Shown here: positions 40,900 through 53,480 of the stretch, piece after piece
Layout of the letters: the number at the start of each line of letters is the position of its first letter
How positions within the stretch are numbered: position 1 is the first letter of the stretch
Source of the DNA: Macrostomum lignano
Lineage: Eukaryota
Reading direction: 5' to 3'
DNA: 64,000 bases
Assembly (NCBI GenBank): GCA_002269645.1
Contig: NIVC01003665.1
Span: 1 to 64,000, forward strand
Position numbers and translations under genes: made by a program
Notes under the pieces: model-generated
What the model was told of the DNA's origin: nothing
Seen by the model: only the letters and a program-made list of their open reading frames with translations
Database searches by the model: none

Positions 40900-41240
40900 G
40901 GTGAAGAACAGGTGGAATTAGGGATTTAGATCAGGTGGGATTGAGATTTAGAACAGGTGGAATTAGTGATTTAGATCAGGTGGGATTTGAGATTTAGAAC
41001 ATGTTGATGAATTAGTGATTTATATCAGGTGGGATTTGAGATTTAGAACAGGTGGAATTAGTGATTTAGATCAGGTGGGATTTGAGATTTAGAACATGTT
41101 GATGAATTAGTGATTTATATCAGGTGGGATTTGAGATTTAGAACAGGTGGAATTAGTGATTTAGATCAGGTGGGATTTGAGATTTAGAACAGGTGGAATT
41201 AGGAATTTAGAACACGTGGGATTTGGGATTTAGAACGAGT
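40900..41240. repeat. ~23-bp alternating dimer minisatellite (TTAGAACAGGTGGAATTAGTGAT / TTAGATCAGGTGGGATTTGAGAT)
   Basis: Direct reading. Confidence 0.9.
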
Positions 41241-41653
41241 AGGATGTATCACTCTTTCTAACAGTTTTTGAAGGCTGAGATATTATTATATTTTACGACC
41301 TAATTTCAATTAAACGCGCATCTGCACTGTCCCTTCAGACGTGAATTTTAAAAAATACAAAAAACTGTCCTTAGTTAAAAGGCGAAATTGTATACAGCTT
41401 TAAAAAAGTACATAGAATACATTTATAGGCCAATAATGCACAACACTTTATATAACGCGCATAGATACAAGCGAACATCTGCAATATAAATAATATATAT
41501 TAGTTGCCACGGGGAATTCAGCAATGCAAATTAATTAGCTCCAGTATTCACGGGATGTTTTACAAATGTTATTCGCCATCTCCTATAGGCTGATACCATT
41601 CTTCAAAATAATTCGCAGATTAGCATATAAAGCACAAATTCAATTTGTTCGAA

Positions 41654-41750
41654 TCAAACAACAGTGAAAATATCCTCATAGTTTGGATCCCGACGACCGT
41701 TGCTCGATTTCGAGGTTGGCTGCGCCTCCATCGCTCCCGAGGAGAATCGA
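41654..41750 (-). CDS. Dscam: Dscam terminal coding exon (RFSSGAMEAQPTSKSSNGRRDPNYEDIFTVV*)
   Basis: Acceptor TCTCCCGCAG. Phase 2 matches the upstream donor GTGCGT at 42159. Ends in a class-I PDZ-type motif, T-V-V-stop. Confidence 0.75.
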
Positions 41751-41777
41751 CTGCGGGAGAATTGAGTTTATGTAATT

Positions 41778-41965
41778 TTCGATACATATCGGCCTTTTGA
41801 ATTATCACTCGTATAAATTTGGTCTAAAATTAACTTTCGATACATATCGGCAATTTGAATTATCACTCATTTAAATTTGTCTAAAATTAACTTTCGATAC
41901 ATATCGGCAATTTAAATTATCACTCATTTATATTGGTGTAAAAATTACTTTCGATACATATCGTC
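41778..41965. repeat. 57-58-bp intronic repeat x~4 with CGATA-CA-TATCG dyad
   Basis: CGA of the dyad at 41780, 41838, 41895 and 41952. Confidence 0.9.
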
Positions 41966-42159
41966 TAAAGTAACGTAGATAATTTTTATTAAAATATAAT
42001 TTAATAAAATATCGTTGATCGCTACATATCGTCTGGATGGACGACCATTGTTTCCTTTTTCACAATACACCAGTAAATAATTTTCGGTACATATCGGCTA
42101 TGTCTAAATATAAGTCTCACTACACCGAAAAATAGTTTTCTATACATATCGACACGCAC

Positions 42160-42538
42160 CTAGCATCGAGCAGCTGCTGCCGGCTTTCATCGTCGGCCTG
42201 GCCGTCTCCATCGCCAGCGCTGCGCCGCAGGTGAACTCGATAGCTGACGCTGCCAGAGTCCGAGCTCTGGCCCGGCCTGAGCTGCGGCTGCTTCGCTGGA
42301 GCTCCTCCCGCGGCGGCCATCTGTCCCGCGTAGCTGCTGCTCTGAGTAAAGTACACCGAGTCCGCTACAACGCCGTCTCGTTGATCGGCGCAGACACCGC
42401 CGATTCTTGCAACGCCGCTGACTCCGCCGCCGCCGCTTTTGCTAGATCTGAGTAGAGAGCGCGACATCTGCTGATAGTCGATTGCTTGATAGTCGTGATG
42501 GGCAGCAGCCGAGTCTGCCGACATTTGGCGACGAAAGC
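42160..42538 (-). CDS. Dscam: Dscam cytoplasmic exon
   Basis: Acceptor CCCCTTTTCTCAG, phase 1, open frame (GFRRQMSAD...LLDA), donor AG|GTGCGT. Confidence 0.8.
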
Positions 42539-42565
42539 CTGAGAAAAGGGGAAGCGCGAGGAACA

Positions 42566-43270
42566 CGCACTGTCACATGTCACATCCTGGTCAGGAATAC
42601 ACATTGTTAAATGTCACATCCTGGTCAGGAACACGCACTGTTAAATGTCACATCCTGGTCAGGAACACGCACTGTTAAATGTCACGGTCAGGAACACGCA
42701 TTGTCAAATGTCACATCCTGGTCAGGAACACACACTGTTAAATGTCTCATCCTGGTCAGGAACACACACTGTTAAATGTCACATCCTGGTCAGGAACACA
42801 CACTGTTAAATGTCACATCCTGGTCAGGAACACACACTGTTAAATGTCACATCCTGGTCAGGAACACACACTGTCACATGTCACATCCTGGTCAGGAACA
42901 CGCACTGTTAAATGTCACGGTCAGGAACACGCATTGTCAAAAGTCACATCCTGGTAAGGAACACACACTGTTAAATGTCTCATCCTGGTCAGGAACACAC
43001 ACTGTTAAATGTCACATCCTGGTCAGGAACACACACTGTCAAATGTCACATCCTGGTCAGGAACACGCACTTTCAAATGTCACATCCTGGTCAGGAACAC
43101 ACACTGTCACATGTCACATCCTGGTCAGGAACACACACTGTCAAATGTCACATCCTGGTCAGGAACACACACTGTCAAATATACATCCTGGTCAGGAACA
43201 CGCACTGTCAAATATACATCCTGGTCAGGAACACAGGGTCCAGTGTCACATCCTGGTCTGGAGCACACTG
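42566..43270. repeat. 34-bp intronic minisatellite GTCACATCCTGGTCAGGAACACACACTGTTAAAT
   Basis: Direct reading, ~20 copies. Confidence 0.95.
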
Positions 43271-43375
43271 TCGAACGATACATCCTATTTAAAGATACAC
43301 GCCTACTGTCTATCCAAGTTAATCTCTGATTGTGCCAATCAGAAACAGTCGTCAAGACTCAAAAATCAGTGTCAC

Positions 43376-44716
43376 CTCGATAGCCGCCACGCCCTCCATA
43401 GTAACTAGCCGACGTGGAACCAGCCGATGGTCGACAAGTGAACGGCATCGCAAAGCCGCTATCTCCCATCGAGGAGCCACCGTAGTGCCCGTTGCTGCTG
43501 CTGCCACCACCGTTGTCTTGATGTCGCCGATAGGCAGAGCTGAGCAGTTCGTCTCTGCAACCGATCAGCTGGTTCTGCTGGTGCTGTGGTTGTCGCTGCA
43601 GAAGGGACGGCAATCGATAAGGCTGCTGTTGCTGCTGCTGCTGCGCCTGCTGCAGATTTTGAGCCTCCGCCGGGTCTGGTCTAATCCTGCAGGCGTAGAA
43701 GCGCAACTCGCCGTGAGAATCGACCGAGCCAACGGAATCGGCGTCCGGATCGCCTCGTTCCGAGCTGCTGCCACCCCCGACGCCCCCGTTCAACGCAGCA
43801 CTCGCCGCTGTTGTCGAAGCGGTGACACCCGGCTTTGGCGACCGATTGACGCAGCCGAAGAACGATCGTCGGGCGAATACAATGCCGATCACGACGGCGA
43901 AAACGGCTGCCACAACCGCGACTGCGCAGATGATTAGGAGAGCCTTCGGGATTTTCCCGTTGGTGCCAACATCGCCACCGCTGCCGCCATCTCCGCTACT
44001 TGGCCAAGCGGCCACGGGTGGCGGTGCCGGCGGGAGAGCGACGTCCAACAGCGCCGGCGTAGTGGAATTTCCTGCCGCGTTGCCCGCCACGACGCGTAGT
44101 CGGAGCCGAGACTGCCGAGTGAGCGGCAGCCGCAGGTTGTGCGCCAGCGACAGCAGCCGTCCAGCTGTAAGTCGCAGACTCGAGCCGCTGCCGTTGTCCC
44201 CGTCGACAACTGCGGCAACGATTGAAGCGTCGCTACCGCGACCTGTGGCGTAGACGAAGAAGCGTTCAGCTGGGCAGCCGAGGCCGGGAAGGAACGCGGC
44301 TGTCAGGTTCAGCACCACGTCGCCGAGAGCGGTCTCCCTGACTACCAGGCCCGAGCCCGTCACGGCAGAGACCGCTGGCGACGGCGCCGCGCCTGGAGCT
44401 CGCATGCGCAACGGGCCGGCGAAGGCGCTGCGCAAACCGAAGGCGTTGACAACTCGGGCGCGAAATTCCACAACGGAGCCGCAGGCGACTGGATCGAGCA
44501 GGTGCGACCGGTTGCCGGGATGGAGGTCCAGGGTTCGAGACTCAGTCTCCCCGTTGTGCAAGTTGGTGTAGCGCAGCTCCAGTTCGGTTAGCCGGGCGCC
44601 TTCCCAAGTGGCCGCCGAGGCTGCGGGCCCCGCCTGGGTGCCGGACAGTCGCCAGAGAATCTCGAGGGATGTCAGGGTGACGCGGCCAGGCAGAAGTTGC
44701 GGCGGACTCGGCGTGG
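43376..44716 (-). CDS. Dscam: Dscam exon: FN3-5, FN3-6, transmembrane helix, start of cytoplasmic tail
   Basis: Acceptor TCTCGTCCGCAG, phase 1. Contains LWRLSG, VVEFRARVVNAFG, GLGCPAERFFVY (compare the Dscam FN6 GGCP motif) and TM ALLIICAVAVVAAVFAVVIGIVFA. Donor G|GTGACA. Confidence 0.88.
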
Positions 44717-44779
44717 CTGCGGACGAGATCAGGGATTCATTTGTCTGACCAGCGCTGACGGCAATCCTGCCCATTCCGC

Positions 44780-44930
44780 TGACTCATGAGCACATGCAAG
44801 CGCTCCAATACTGTACGCAGGCACAGCACTCACACACACGCTCACACTGGGTGTACAGCGGCCGTTTGATTTCTAATCGTCAGGCGTGTACACTCCCTGT
44901 TCCTTGGGGATTGGCCCTCATAACTGCATG
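44780..44930 (-). mobile_element. Truncated SINE copy in Dscam intron
   Basis: Aligns by eye with 18170-18295 (GTACGCAGGCACA..CTCACAC..GTGTACAGCGGCC..GGC.TGTACACT..CCTTGGGG.TTGGC.CTCA). Confidence 0.65.
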
Positions 44931-45068
44931 TGTGGGTGATTAACAAATTGATACTCACGCCTTAGGTCCGGGTCTAAAAATGAAAAAAGAACGGAATGTA
45001 CTTTGAAATGCTTTTCGAATTACTTAATAAACCAAAGCTACAATTGGAACATAGAACTGGCGTCTTAC

Positions 45069-45193
45069 TGAAAACTTCAACGGAGTGACTGATGTGATCC
45101 GAGCTGTCAGCTGTGACGCAGCTGTACTGCCCGCTGCTCTGCGCAGATTCGATGAGCAATGATCCGTTCGACAGAACTTGCTTTTTAGACGAG
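45069..45193 (-). CDS. Dscam: Dscam exon: C-half of Ig10
   Basis: Acceptor AATTTCAG, phase 2. VLSNGSLLIESAQSSGQYSC. Donor GTAAGA. Confidence 0.88.
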
Positions 45194-45277
45194 CTGAAAT
45201 TTTCATTTTTAGGAGATTTTGAAGTGCATTGCAACACTGACACAAGCGACGACGTCTGACACAAACAGCAATATTCT

Positions 45278-46035
45278 CTGACACCTAAAGCGACACCCTT
45301 CCTGACACCTAAAGCGACACCCTCCTGACACCCAAAGCGACACCCTCCTGACACCCAAAGCGACGCCCTTCCTGACACCCAAAGCGACGCCCTCCTGACA
45401 ACCAAAGCGACACCCCTCCTGACACCCAAAGCGACACCCTTCCTGACACCCAAAGCGACACCTCCTGACACCCAAAGCGACGCCCTCCTGACACCCAAAG
45501 CGACACCCTTCCTGACACCCAAAGCGACACCCTCCTGACACCCAAAGCGACACCCTCCTGACACCCAAAGCGATACCCTCCTGACACCCAAAGCGACACC
45601 CTTCTTGACAACCAAAGCGACACTCCTCCTGACAACCAAAGCGACACCCTCCTGACACCCAAAGCGACGCCCCTCCTGACAACCAAAGCGACACCCCTCC
45701 TGACACCCAAAGCGACACCCTTCCTGACACCCAAAGCGACACCTCCTGACACCCAAAGCGACGCCCTCCTGACACCCAAAGCGACACCCTTCCTGACACC
45801 CAAAGCGACACCCTCCTGACACCCAAAGTGACACTCTCCTGACACCCAAAGCGACACCCTTCCTGACACCCAAAGCGACACCCTCCTGACACCGAAAGCA
45901 ACGCCCTCCTGACACCCAAAGCGACACCCTCCTGACACCCAAAACGACACCCCTCCTGACACCGAAAGCAACGCCCTCCTAACACCCAAAGCGACACCCT
46001 CCTGACACCCAAAACGACACCCTCCTGACACTCAC
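45278..46035. repeat. 21-23-bp intronic minisatellite CCTGACACCCAAAGCGACACCCT
   Basis: Direct reading. Confidence 0.95.
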
Positions 46036-46159
46036 TCGACCGGCGGTCCCTGCCACTGAGCTTCGTGGCTGCCGTCGCCAACAATCGAACAGTCCAAAGT
46101 CAGCGACGAACCGCGAGCGACTCTCGAAGCGCTTGGCAGGCTGGCCACTCTGAGCGGCT
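46036..46159 (-). CDS. Dscam: Dscam exon: N-half of Ig10 (not in the supplied ORF track)
   Basis: Acceptor TTACAAAACAG. QPLRVASLPSASRVARGSSLTLDCSIVGDGSHEAQWQGPPV. Donor GTGAGT. Phases 1/2 fit both neighbours. Confidence 0.88.
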
Positions 46160-46311
46160 CTGTTTTGTAATTAAAAGTTGAGAACGTTAAGAATTTTGAT
46201 TCGAATAAATTTAAATTTTAACTGAAAATACTCAAACTACACTACTTGAATTCGCCGTTGTGAGTAGCAATCGTGAAATATTTAACAAAGCTACTATTAA
46301 CGAAAACTCAC

Positions 46312-46785
46312 GAGTCCCTTCGGTAGAGGTGAACAAAACCCAGGGCCCGAAGTCGCCAATGAGCTGCGTGTTGACGGCGCGCACCCGAAATCGGCAGAGT
46401 GCACCGGCTTGGATCCCATTGATCAGCACCATGGTTCTGTGTGGCGGAGCTACCGGCATCAACTTGCTGAAGTTTCCCGCGCCGCTCAGTCCTCCATCGC
46501 ATCTGGCTTGCAAATCGTAGCGCAACAGTTCGCCGTTCGGTCGATCTGTCTGGCGCCAGGCTAGCGCCACGGCGCTAGAATTGGCGCCGAACGCGCGAAT
46601 ATCTGCTGGCGGAATCGGCGCCGAAGAATGGGTCCGACAGAAGGACGCTGGGCGGGACAGCGGCGAGCGACCTTTCGAGTTTGAGACCGACACTGAGACT
46701 GAGTAGTTTGTGAACGGGCTGAGGCCCAAGATCACGTGATGCCGTTGCTGCCCGCTAATTTCGACTTCAACCGCGGAGGATTCGT
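46312..46785 (-). CDS. Dscam: Dscam exon: end of FN3-3 and FN3-4
   Basis: Acceptor TTTTTCTCCAG. GLSPFTNYSVSVSVSNSKG, VALAW...PNG, CRFRVRAVNT. Donor GTGAGT. Confidence 0.9.
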
Positions 46786-46821
46786 CTGGAGAAAAAGTAA
46801 CTTTTTGGAAAGTAAACAGAC

Positions 46822-47250
46822 TAAGAATTCAGGAAGCTGAGACCTTGGTGATGAAGCTGGATGGATCTGCAGTGATGAGGCCGAGAATTCGGGAAGCTGA
46901 GACCTTAGTGATGAAGCTCGATGGATCTGCAGAGATGAGGCTGAGAATTCAGGAAACTGGGACCTTAGTGATAAAGCTGGATAGGTCCGCAGTGATGAGG
47001 CTGAGAATTCGGGAAACTGGGACCTTAGTGATAAAGCTGGATAGGTCCGCAGTGATGAGGCCGAGAATTCGGGAAGCTGAGACCTTAGTGATGAAGCTTG
47101 ATGGATCTGCAGTGATGAGGCTGAAAATTCGGGAAGCTGGGATCTTAGTGATGAAGCTGGATGGATCTGCAGTGATGAGGCTGAGAATTCGGGAAGCTGA
47201 GACCTTAGTGATGAAGCTTGATGGATCTGCAGTGATGAGACTAGAAATTC
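46822..47250. repeat. 60-bp intronic minisatellite x7
   Basis: Successive 60-base lines are near-identical. Confidence 0.95.
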
Positions 47251-47303
47251 AGCAAGCTAATAATTCAAAGTTCAAGCAAGTTATAAAATTTGATCAACCG
47301 TAC

Positions 47304-47456
47304 CTTGCGCAACCAGGTCAGCAGCCTGCATGTACTGCAGCTGGTACGCAACAAGCCGACCGTTGAGGCTCTTCTGAGGCGGCTCCGTCCATGTGACCCT
47401 CACTCGGTCTTCGCCCTCTGCCTGGCAGCGAACTTCGCTTGGCGGGGACATTGGGG
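47304..47456 (-). CDS. Dscam: Dscam exon: start of FN3-3
   Basis: Acceptor TTTCCATTTCAG. APMSPPSEVRC...VRVTWTEPP..SLNGRLVAYQLQY. Donor GTACGG. Confidence 0.9.
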
Positions 47457-47559
47457 CTGAAATGGAAATGCGAGTTGAGTACATGCTTATCAGTCTCTTA
47501 ACTCAGGATTAATGCTCAATTTTTCAGAAATTTCCATCCCTCATCTCTTTTTACCCGTT

Positions 47560-48885
47560 CCAGTTCCTGATCCCGAATTCTCCAATCCCAATTCCCCAAT
47601 CCCGATTCCCCAATCTCGATTCCCCAATCCCAATTCCCCAATCCCGATTCCCCTATCCCGATTCCCCCAATCCAATTTCCCCAATCTCGATTCCCCAATC
47701 CCAATTCCCCAATCCCGATTCCCCAATCTCGATTCTCCAATCCCAATTCCCCAATCCCGATTCCCCTATCCCGATTCCCCCAATCCTAATTCCCCAATCT
47801 CGATTCCCCAATCCCAATTCCCCAATCCCGATTCCCCTATCCCGATTCCCCCAATCCAATTTCCCCAATCTCGATTCCCCAATCCCAATTCCCCAATCCC
47901 GATTCCCCAATCCCGATTCCCCCATCCAAATTCCCCAATCTCGATTCCCCAATCCCAATTCCCCAATCCCGATTCCCCAATCTCGATTCTCCAATCCCAA
48001 TTCCCCAATCCCGATTCCCCTATCCCGATTCCCCCAATCCTAATTCCCCAATCTCGATTCCCCAATCCCAATTCCCCAATCCCGATTCCCCAATCTCGAT
48101 TCCCCAATCCCTATTCCCCAATCCCGATTCCCCTATCCCGATTCCCCCAATCCAAATTCCCCAATCTCGATTCCCCAATCCCAATTCCCCAATCCCAATT
48201 CCCCAATCCCGATTCCCCTATCCCGATTCCCCCAATCCAAATTCCCCAATCTCGATTCCCCAATCTCGATTCCCCAATCCCGATTCCCCAATCCCGATTC
48301 CCCTAATCCTAATTCCCCAATCCCGATTCCCCAACCTCGATTCTCCAATCCCAATTCCCCAATCCCGATTCCCCTATCCCGATTCCCCCAATCCTAATTC
48401 CCCAATCCCGATTCCCCAATCTCGATTCCCCAATCCCTATTCCCCAATCCCGATTCCCCTATCCCGATTCCCCCAATCCAAATTCCCCAATCTCGATTCC
48501 CCAATCCCAATTCCCCAATCCCGATTCCCCAATCCCGATTCCCCTATCCCGATTCCCCCAATCCAAATTCCCCAATCTCGATTCCCCAATCCCAATTCCC
48601 CAATCCCAATTTCTCAATCCCAATTTCTCAATCCTAATTCCCCACTCCCAATTTCCCAATCCCAATTACTCAATCCCAATTCCCTAATAACAAATTCCTA
48701 ATCCTGATTCCCCAATCCCAATTCTCAAATCCCAAATTCCCAATCCAAATTCCCTAATCTAAAATTTCTAATCCCAATACCCAATCCCGATTCCCCAATC
48801 TAAATTCCCAAGTCGGGCAAATCCCAAATCTCGAATCCCAAATTCTAAATCCCAATTTCCTAATTCCCATTCCCCAATCCCACTT
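47560..48885. repeat. Intronic CCCCAATCCCGATT-type satellite (G-rich on the Dscam sense strand)
   Basis: Direct reading, ~1.3 kb. Confidence 0.95.
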
Positions 48886-48899
48886 CGCCTCCCGCTCAC

Positions 48900-49589
48900 C
48901 GGATCCCAGAGTCCTGGCCACAGCGCACGCGGGCGGCCCCTCTCCCACAGCATTGGCCGGGATAACTCTCAGCTGATAGTCGGACATTGTCCGCAACCGA
49001 TCCCGACCGAAGCCGCCGCCAATCACGGCGGTGAGAGCCGGCGTCTTAGTTGCCAACAGGAACCTGCTAGTGGATGACCCGCCGCCGCTGTCGCCAGATA
49101 ATCCTGGGGGACAGTCGGCGGGCAGTTCGCCCAACTCCAGCCGGCGATAGTGCACAGTGTAGTTGGTCAGTCGGCCGTTCATCAGCTGAGCATCGGGTGG
49201 ATCCCAGTTGAGCACCAGCTTCACGCCGCCATCCCGAGACTGCGCATCTTCGATCGGAGACAGTTCCACCGGAGTGGCTGAAACTCGCAGGTTTCTCACA
49301 GGACCAGCCGGCGGCTTCTCCAGGGTGGCCACTCGGGCGGAGACTGCCGGACCTTCGCCGACGCTGTTCACCGCCGAGATGCGGAACACGAGTCGACGGC
49401 CAGGACGAAGACCCCGGACAGTCAGGCTGCGAGCGTCACCTGCCGTGGTGGCTGCCACAGTTTCCTGCGAGGCGATAGAAGAGCCCGGGTCCGAGGCGCC
49501 TTCATCGGTGTAGACAACTTTGTAGGCCGTGACTGGCTTGTGCCCGTTTCTGGGCGGCGGCTCCCACTGCAGCGTGGCCCAATCGGCTC
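48900..49589 (-). CDS. Dscam: Dscam exon: FN3-1 and FN3-2
   Basis: Acceptor CCACTCCAG. ATLQWEPPP, VFRISAVNSVGEG, LNWDPP...NGRLTNYTVHY, YQLRVIPANAVGEGP. Frame verified as continuous. Donor GTGAGC. Confidence 0.92.
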
Positions 49590-49664
49590 CTGGAGTGGTT
49601 TAGCGTTTTGTTTAGTATGCTGGTTCGTACACATGTGCCTATCGGCTTTTGTAGAGGTTTGTAG

Positions 49665-50030
49665 GCTGTTGGCGCGTGTTTGGGGTGTTGGGGTATTTTG
49701 GGGGGTTTGCTGTGCGTTTGAGGGGTTGGCGTGCGTTTGCGCTGCTGGCGTGTGTTCGGGGGTTTGGCGTGTGTTTGGGGGCTTGGCGTGTGTTTGGGGG
49801 ATTGGCGTGTTTTGGGGGGTTTGCTGTGCGTTTGAGGGGGTGGCGTGCGTTTGTGGTGCTGGCGTGTGTTTGGGGGATTGGCGTGTTTTGGGGGTTGGCG
49901 CGTGTTTGGGGTGTTTGACGTGTGTGTGTTTTGGGGTTGGCGTGTGTTTGGGGGTTGGCGTGTGTTTGGGGGTTGGCGTGTGTTTGGGGGGTTGGAAAGT
50001 GTTTGGGGAGGGTTGGCATGTGTTTGAAGC
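49665..50030. repeat. ~18-bp intronic GT-rich minisatellite TTGGCGTGTGTTTGGGGG
   Basis: Direct reading. Confidence 0.9.
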
Positions 50031-50112
50031 GTTAGCGTGTTTTTCGGGTTGAACGTGCAGTGGCGGTTCAAAAAATAGTTTTGCTTATAAAACAGCCACT
50101 CAAACTACGAAC

Positions 50113-50374
50113 CGGCATCAGTAGGCTGAAACGACCTTACTGGCCCGGGAGGGCTCACAACCACAATATCAATGCTTCTCTCGCTATAGCCTCCGGTGCC
50201 CCGGCTATTAAAGATATTGTATTGATTCGAGGCTCGACAGGTGTAGCGACCGCTGAGACCGGCATTGGCCCGGCGCAGTTCGAGAGTTTGCGACCCAAAG
50301 CCGCTGAGGCCGATGCTGGCACCGAAGCCGGAGTTACCGTTGCCCAGGTCCTGATCCTCGGTGTAAATACCGAC
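50113..50374 (-). CDS. Dscam: Dscam exon: C-half of Ig9 and start of FN3-1
   Basis: Acceptor ACAACCAG, phase 0. TLELRRANAGLSGRYTCRASN, IDIVVVSPPGP. Donor G|GTTCGT gives the required phase 1. Confidence 0.85.
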
Positions 50375-50454
50375 CTGGTTGTAGGTCGTTATAATGCTTT
50401 TATTCAATGCTCTCTCAGTGTAAATAGTCATCTAGCCATCCTTCAAACTAGCTC

Positions 50455-51215
50455 ATAGAAATCCCACCATAGAGATCCCGAATGGGAGAAATCCCCCAAA
50501 TCTAGAAAGCACACAATAGAGATCCCGAATGGGAGAAATCCCCAATCTATAAATCCCACAATAGAGATCCCAAATGGGAGAAATCCTAAATCTAGAAGTT
50601 CCAAAATAGAGATCCCAAATGGGAGAAATCCCCCAAATCTATAAATCCCACATTAGAGATCCCTAATGGGAGAAATCCCTAATCTAGAAATCCCACATTA
50701 GAGATCCCAAATGGGAGAAATCCCCCAAATCTATAAATCCCACATTAGAGATCCCTAATGGGAGAAATCCCCCAAATCTATAAATCCCACATTAGAGATC
50801 CCAAATGGGAGAAATCCCCCAAATCTATAAATCCCACATTAGAGATCCCTAATGGGAGAAATCCCTAATCTAAAAATCCTACATTAGAGATCCCTAATGG
50901 GAGAAATCCCCAATCTAGAAATCCCACATTAGAGATCCCTAATGGGAGAAATCCCCAATCTAAAAATCCTACATTAGAGATCCCTAATGGGAGAAATCCC
51001 CAATCTAGAAATCCCACATTAGAGATCCCTAATGGGAGAAATCCCTAATCTAAAAATCCTACATTAGAGATCCCTAATGGGAGAAATCCCTAATCTAAAA
51101 ATCCTACATTAGAGATCCCTAATGGGAGGAATACTCAATCTACAGGCTAAAAATCCCACCATAGAGAACTTAAATGGGAAGAATCCCTAAATTAGAACTC
51201 CCACAATGAGATCAC
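50455..51215. repeat. 45-47-bp intronic minisatellite AGAGATCCCTAATGGGAGAAATCCCCAATCTAGAAATCCCACATT
   Basis: Direct reading. Confidence 0.93.
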
Positions 51216-51229
51216 AGTAGAGATCTCAC

Positions 51230-51567
51230 CTGTCTACAGTCGCCGTCAACTCTGCACAGCGAGTGTCCGCCAGCCTGGTAGGCCGCAAACCACTCAAACG
51301 TCATGGGCAGCTCGCCTTTGGCGCGGCAGGGAATCGACACGGTGCTGCCGGCGGTGACTTCCAGTCGAGGCTCGCCGTCGAACGGCAGCACCCGAGCCGG
51401 CAGGCGGATCACCGGATTAAACGTTGTTGAACGAGCTACCGAACGGTAGAAACCGGCGCAGAGGAAGCTGCGATCGTCCAGGCTGACTGCTGAGATTCTC
51501 AACGTCGCGTTTGGAAACTGCGACACCCTGGCCGGGCCGCTGGCGTTGTACATCGGCACTCGGGACT
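51230..51567 (-). CDS. Dscam: Dscam exon: C-half of Ig8 and N-half of Ig9
   Basis: Acceptor GCTTCGCAG. FPNATLRISAV...FLC, GSTVSIPCRAKGELPMTFEW. Donor CAG|GTGAGA. Confidence 0.9.
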
Positions 51568-51736
51568 CTGCGAAGCATTTAGTTTTTTAGTAGGCTCTTT
51601 CAGTGCAACTGGCATAAAAAACTTTGCTCGCTACTAACTTGAAAATCGACAGTAGGAAACTTCGAGTATTAATTTGTGAATTAATTGCCATTTGAAAATC
51701 TATGGTATTCCATCGATGGAAGTCCCTGTTACGCTG

Positions 51737-52180
<444 letters not shown>

Positions 52181-52611
52181 ATAGTACCGGTACGAACGCC
52201 TAAAAAAGAGATGCAAAATTTCAAGTCAATTATAACAAACAGCAGGACAATCAATAAGATTAAAAGCTGCTGCTGGGCAAGCTTAGACAGAAATAATTTT
52301 TTCCCGAGCGTGGCACCCCGATGTGAATGCAGAAGAATCAGAGTTGCCTGTGTCAGGCCTGCTGAGTCATAGCAAGCATGGCATTGCGTATAGCGGCTGC
52401 ATTTTAAATTTTTCAGAGCAGAGCGGACAGGGGGACTGCAGGAAGCGTGGGGTGGAATTAGCTGTTTGGAAATCAAATGGGATGCTAGATTTTTGCTTTC
52501 TGGAATTTTTTTGCTTCTGATCGACTTCTTCAATGAAGAAAAATGGGCATGCAGGGTGTACAGCCGACCTGGAATTCTCAGCGTGAGGCAAGTGTACGCA
52601 CAGGAAGTGAA

Positions 52612-53292
52612 GGACGGAGTGAGGGACGGAGTGAGGGATGGAGTGAGGGATGGAGTGAGGGATGGAGTGAGGGATGGAGTGAGGGATGGAGTGAGGGATG
52701 GAGTGAGGGATGGAGTGAAGGACGGAGTGAGAGACGGAGTGAGAGACGGAGTGAGAGACGGAGTGAGAGACGGAGTGAGAGACGGAGTGAGAGACGGAGT
52801 GAGGGACGGAGTGAGAGACGGAGTGAGAGACGGAGTGAGAGACGGAGTGAGAGACGCGGTGAGAGACGGAGTGAGAGACGAGTGAGAGACGCGGTGAGAG
52901 ACGGAGTGAGAGACGCGGTGAGGGACGGAGTGAGAGACGAGTGAGAGACGCGGTGAGAGACGGAGTGAGAGACGCGGTGAGGGACGGAGTGAGAGACGGA
53001 GTGAGAGACGGAGTGAGAGACGGAGTGAGAGACGCGGTGAGGGACGGAGTGAGAGACGAGTGAGAGACGCGGTGAGAGACGGAGTGAGAGACGGAGTGAG
53101 AGACGAGTGAGAGACGCGGTGAGGGACGGAGTGAGAGACGAGTGAGAGACGCGGTGAGAGACGGAGTGAGAGACGCGGTGAGGGACGGAGTGAGAGACGA
53201 GTGAGAGACGCGGTGAGAGACGGAGTGAGAGACGGAGTGAGAGACGCGGTGAGAGACGCGGTGAGAGACGAGTGAGAGACGCGGTGAGAGAC
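52612..53292. repeat. 10/12-bp intronic minisatellite GACGGAGTGAGA
   Basis: Direct reading. Confidence 0.95.
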
Positions 53293-53336
53293 TATTAAAC
53301 AAAGCCAATCAGCAGCACACAGGCCAGAGGACTCAC

Positions 53337-53480
53337 CCTCCTTCATGGAGTTGCCCTCGTACCAGACCAGCTGGGGCGAGCTCAGCCCCGTGTCGCTGAC
53401 GGCGCAGGGAACAAAGATTGGCTGGCCGAGCGCCACCTCCTGCGTGTTGGGCGGCTGGTCCTTCTTGAAGGCGAAGTCTC
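53337..53480 (-). CDS. Dscam: Dscam exon: N-half of Ig8
   Basis: Acceptor [24 protein letters not shown]...PQLVWYEG. Donor GTGAGT. Confidence 0.88.

Noticed and set aside
46845-47366. Antisense 173-aa ORF with 20-aa repeats nested in a Dscam intron
   Set aside because: A 60-bp unit being stop-free in one frame is expected by chance, and the ORF runs antisense into a Dscam exon.
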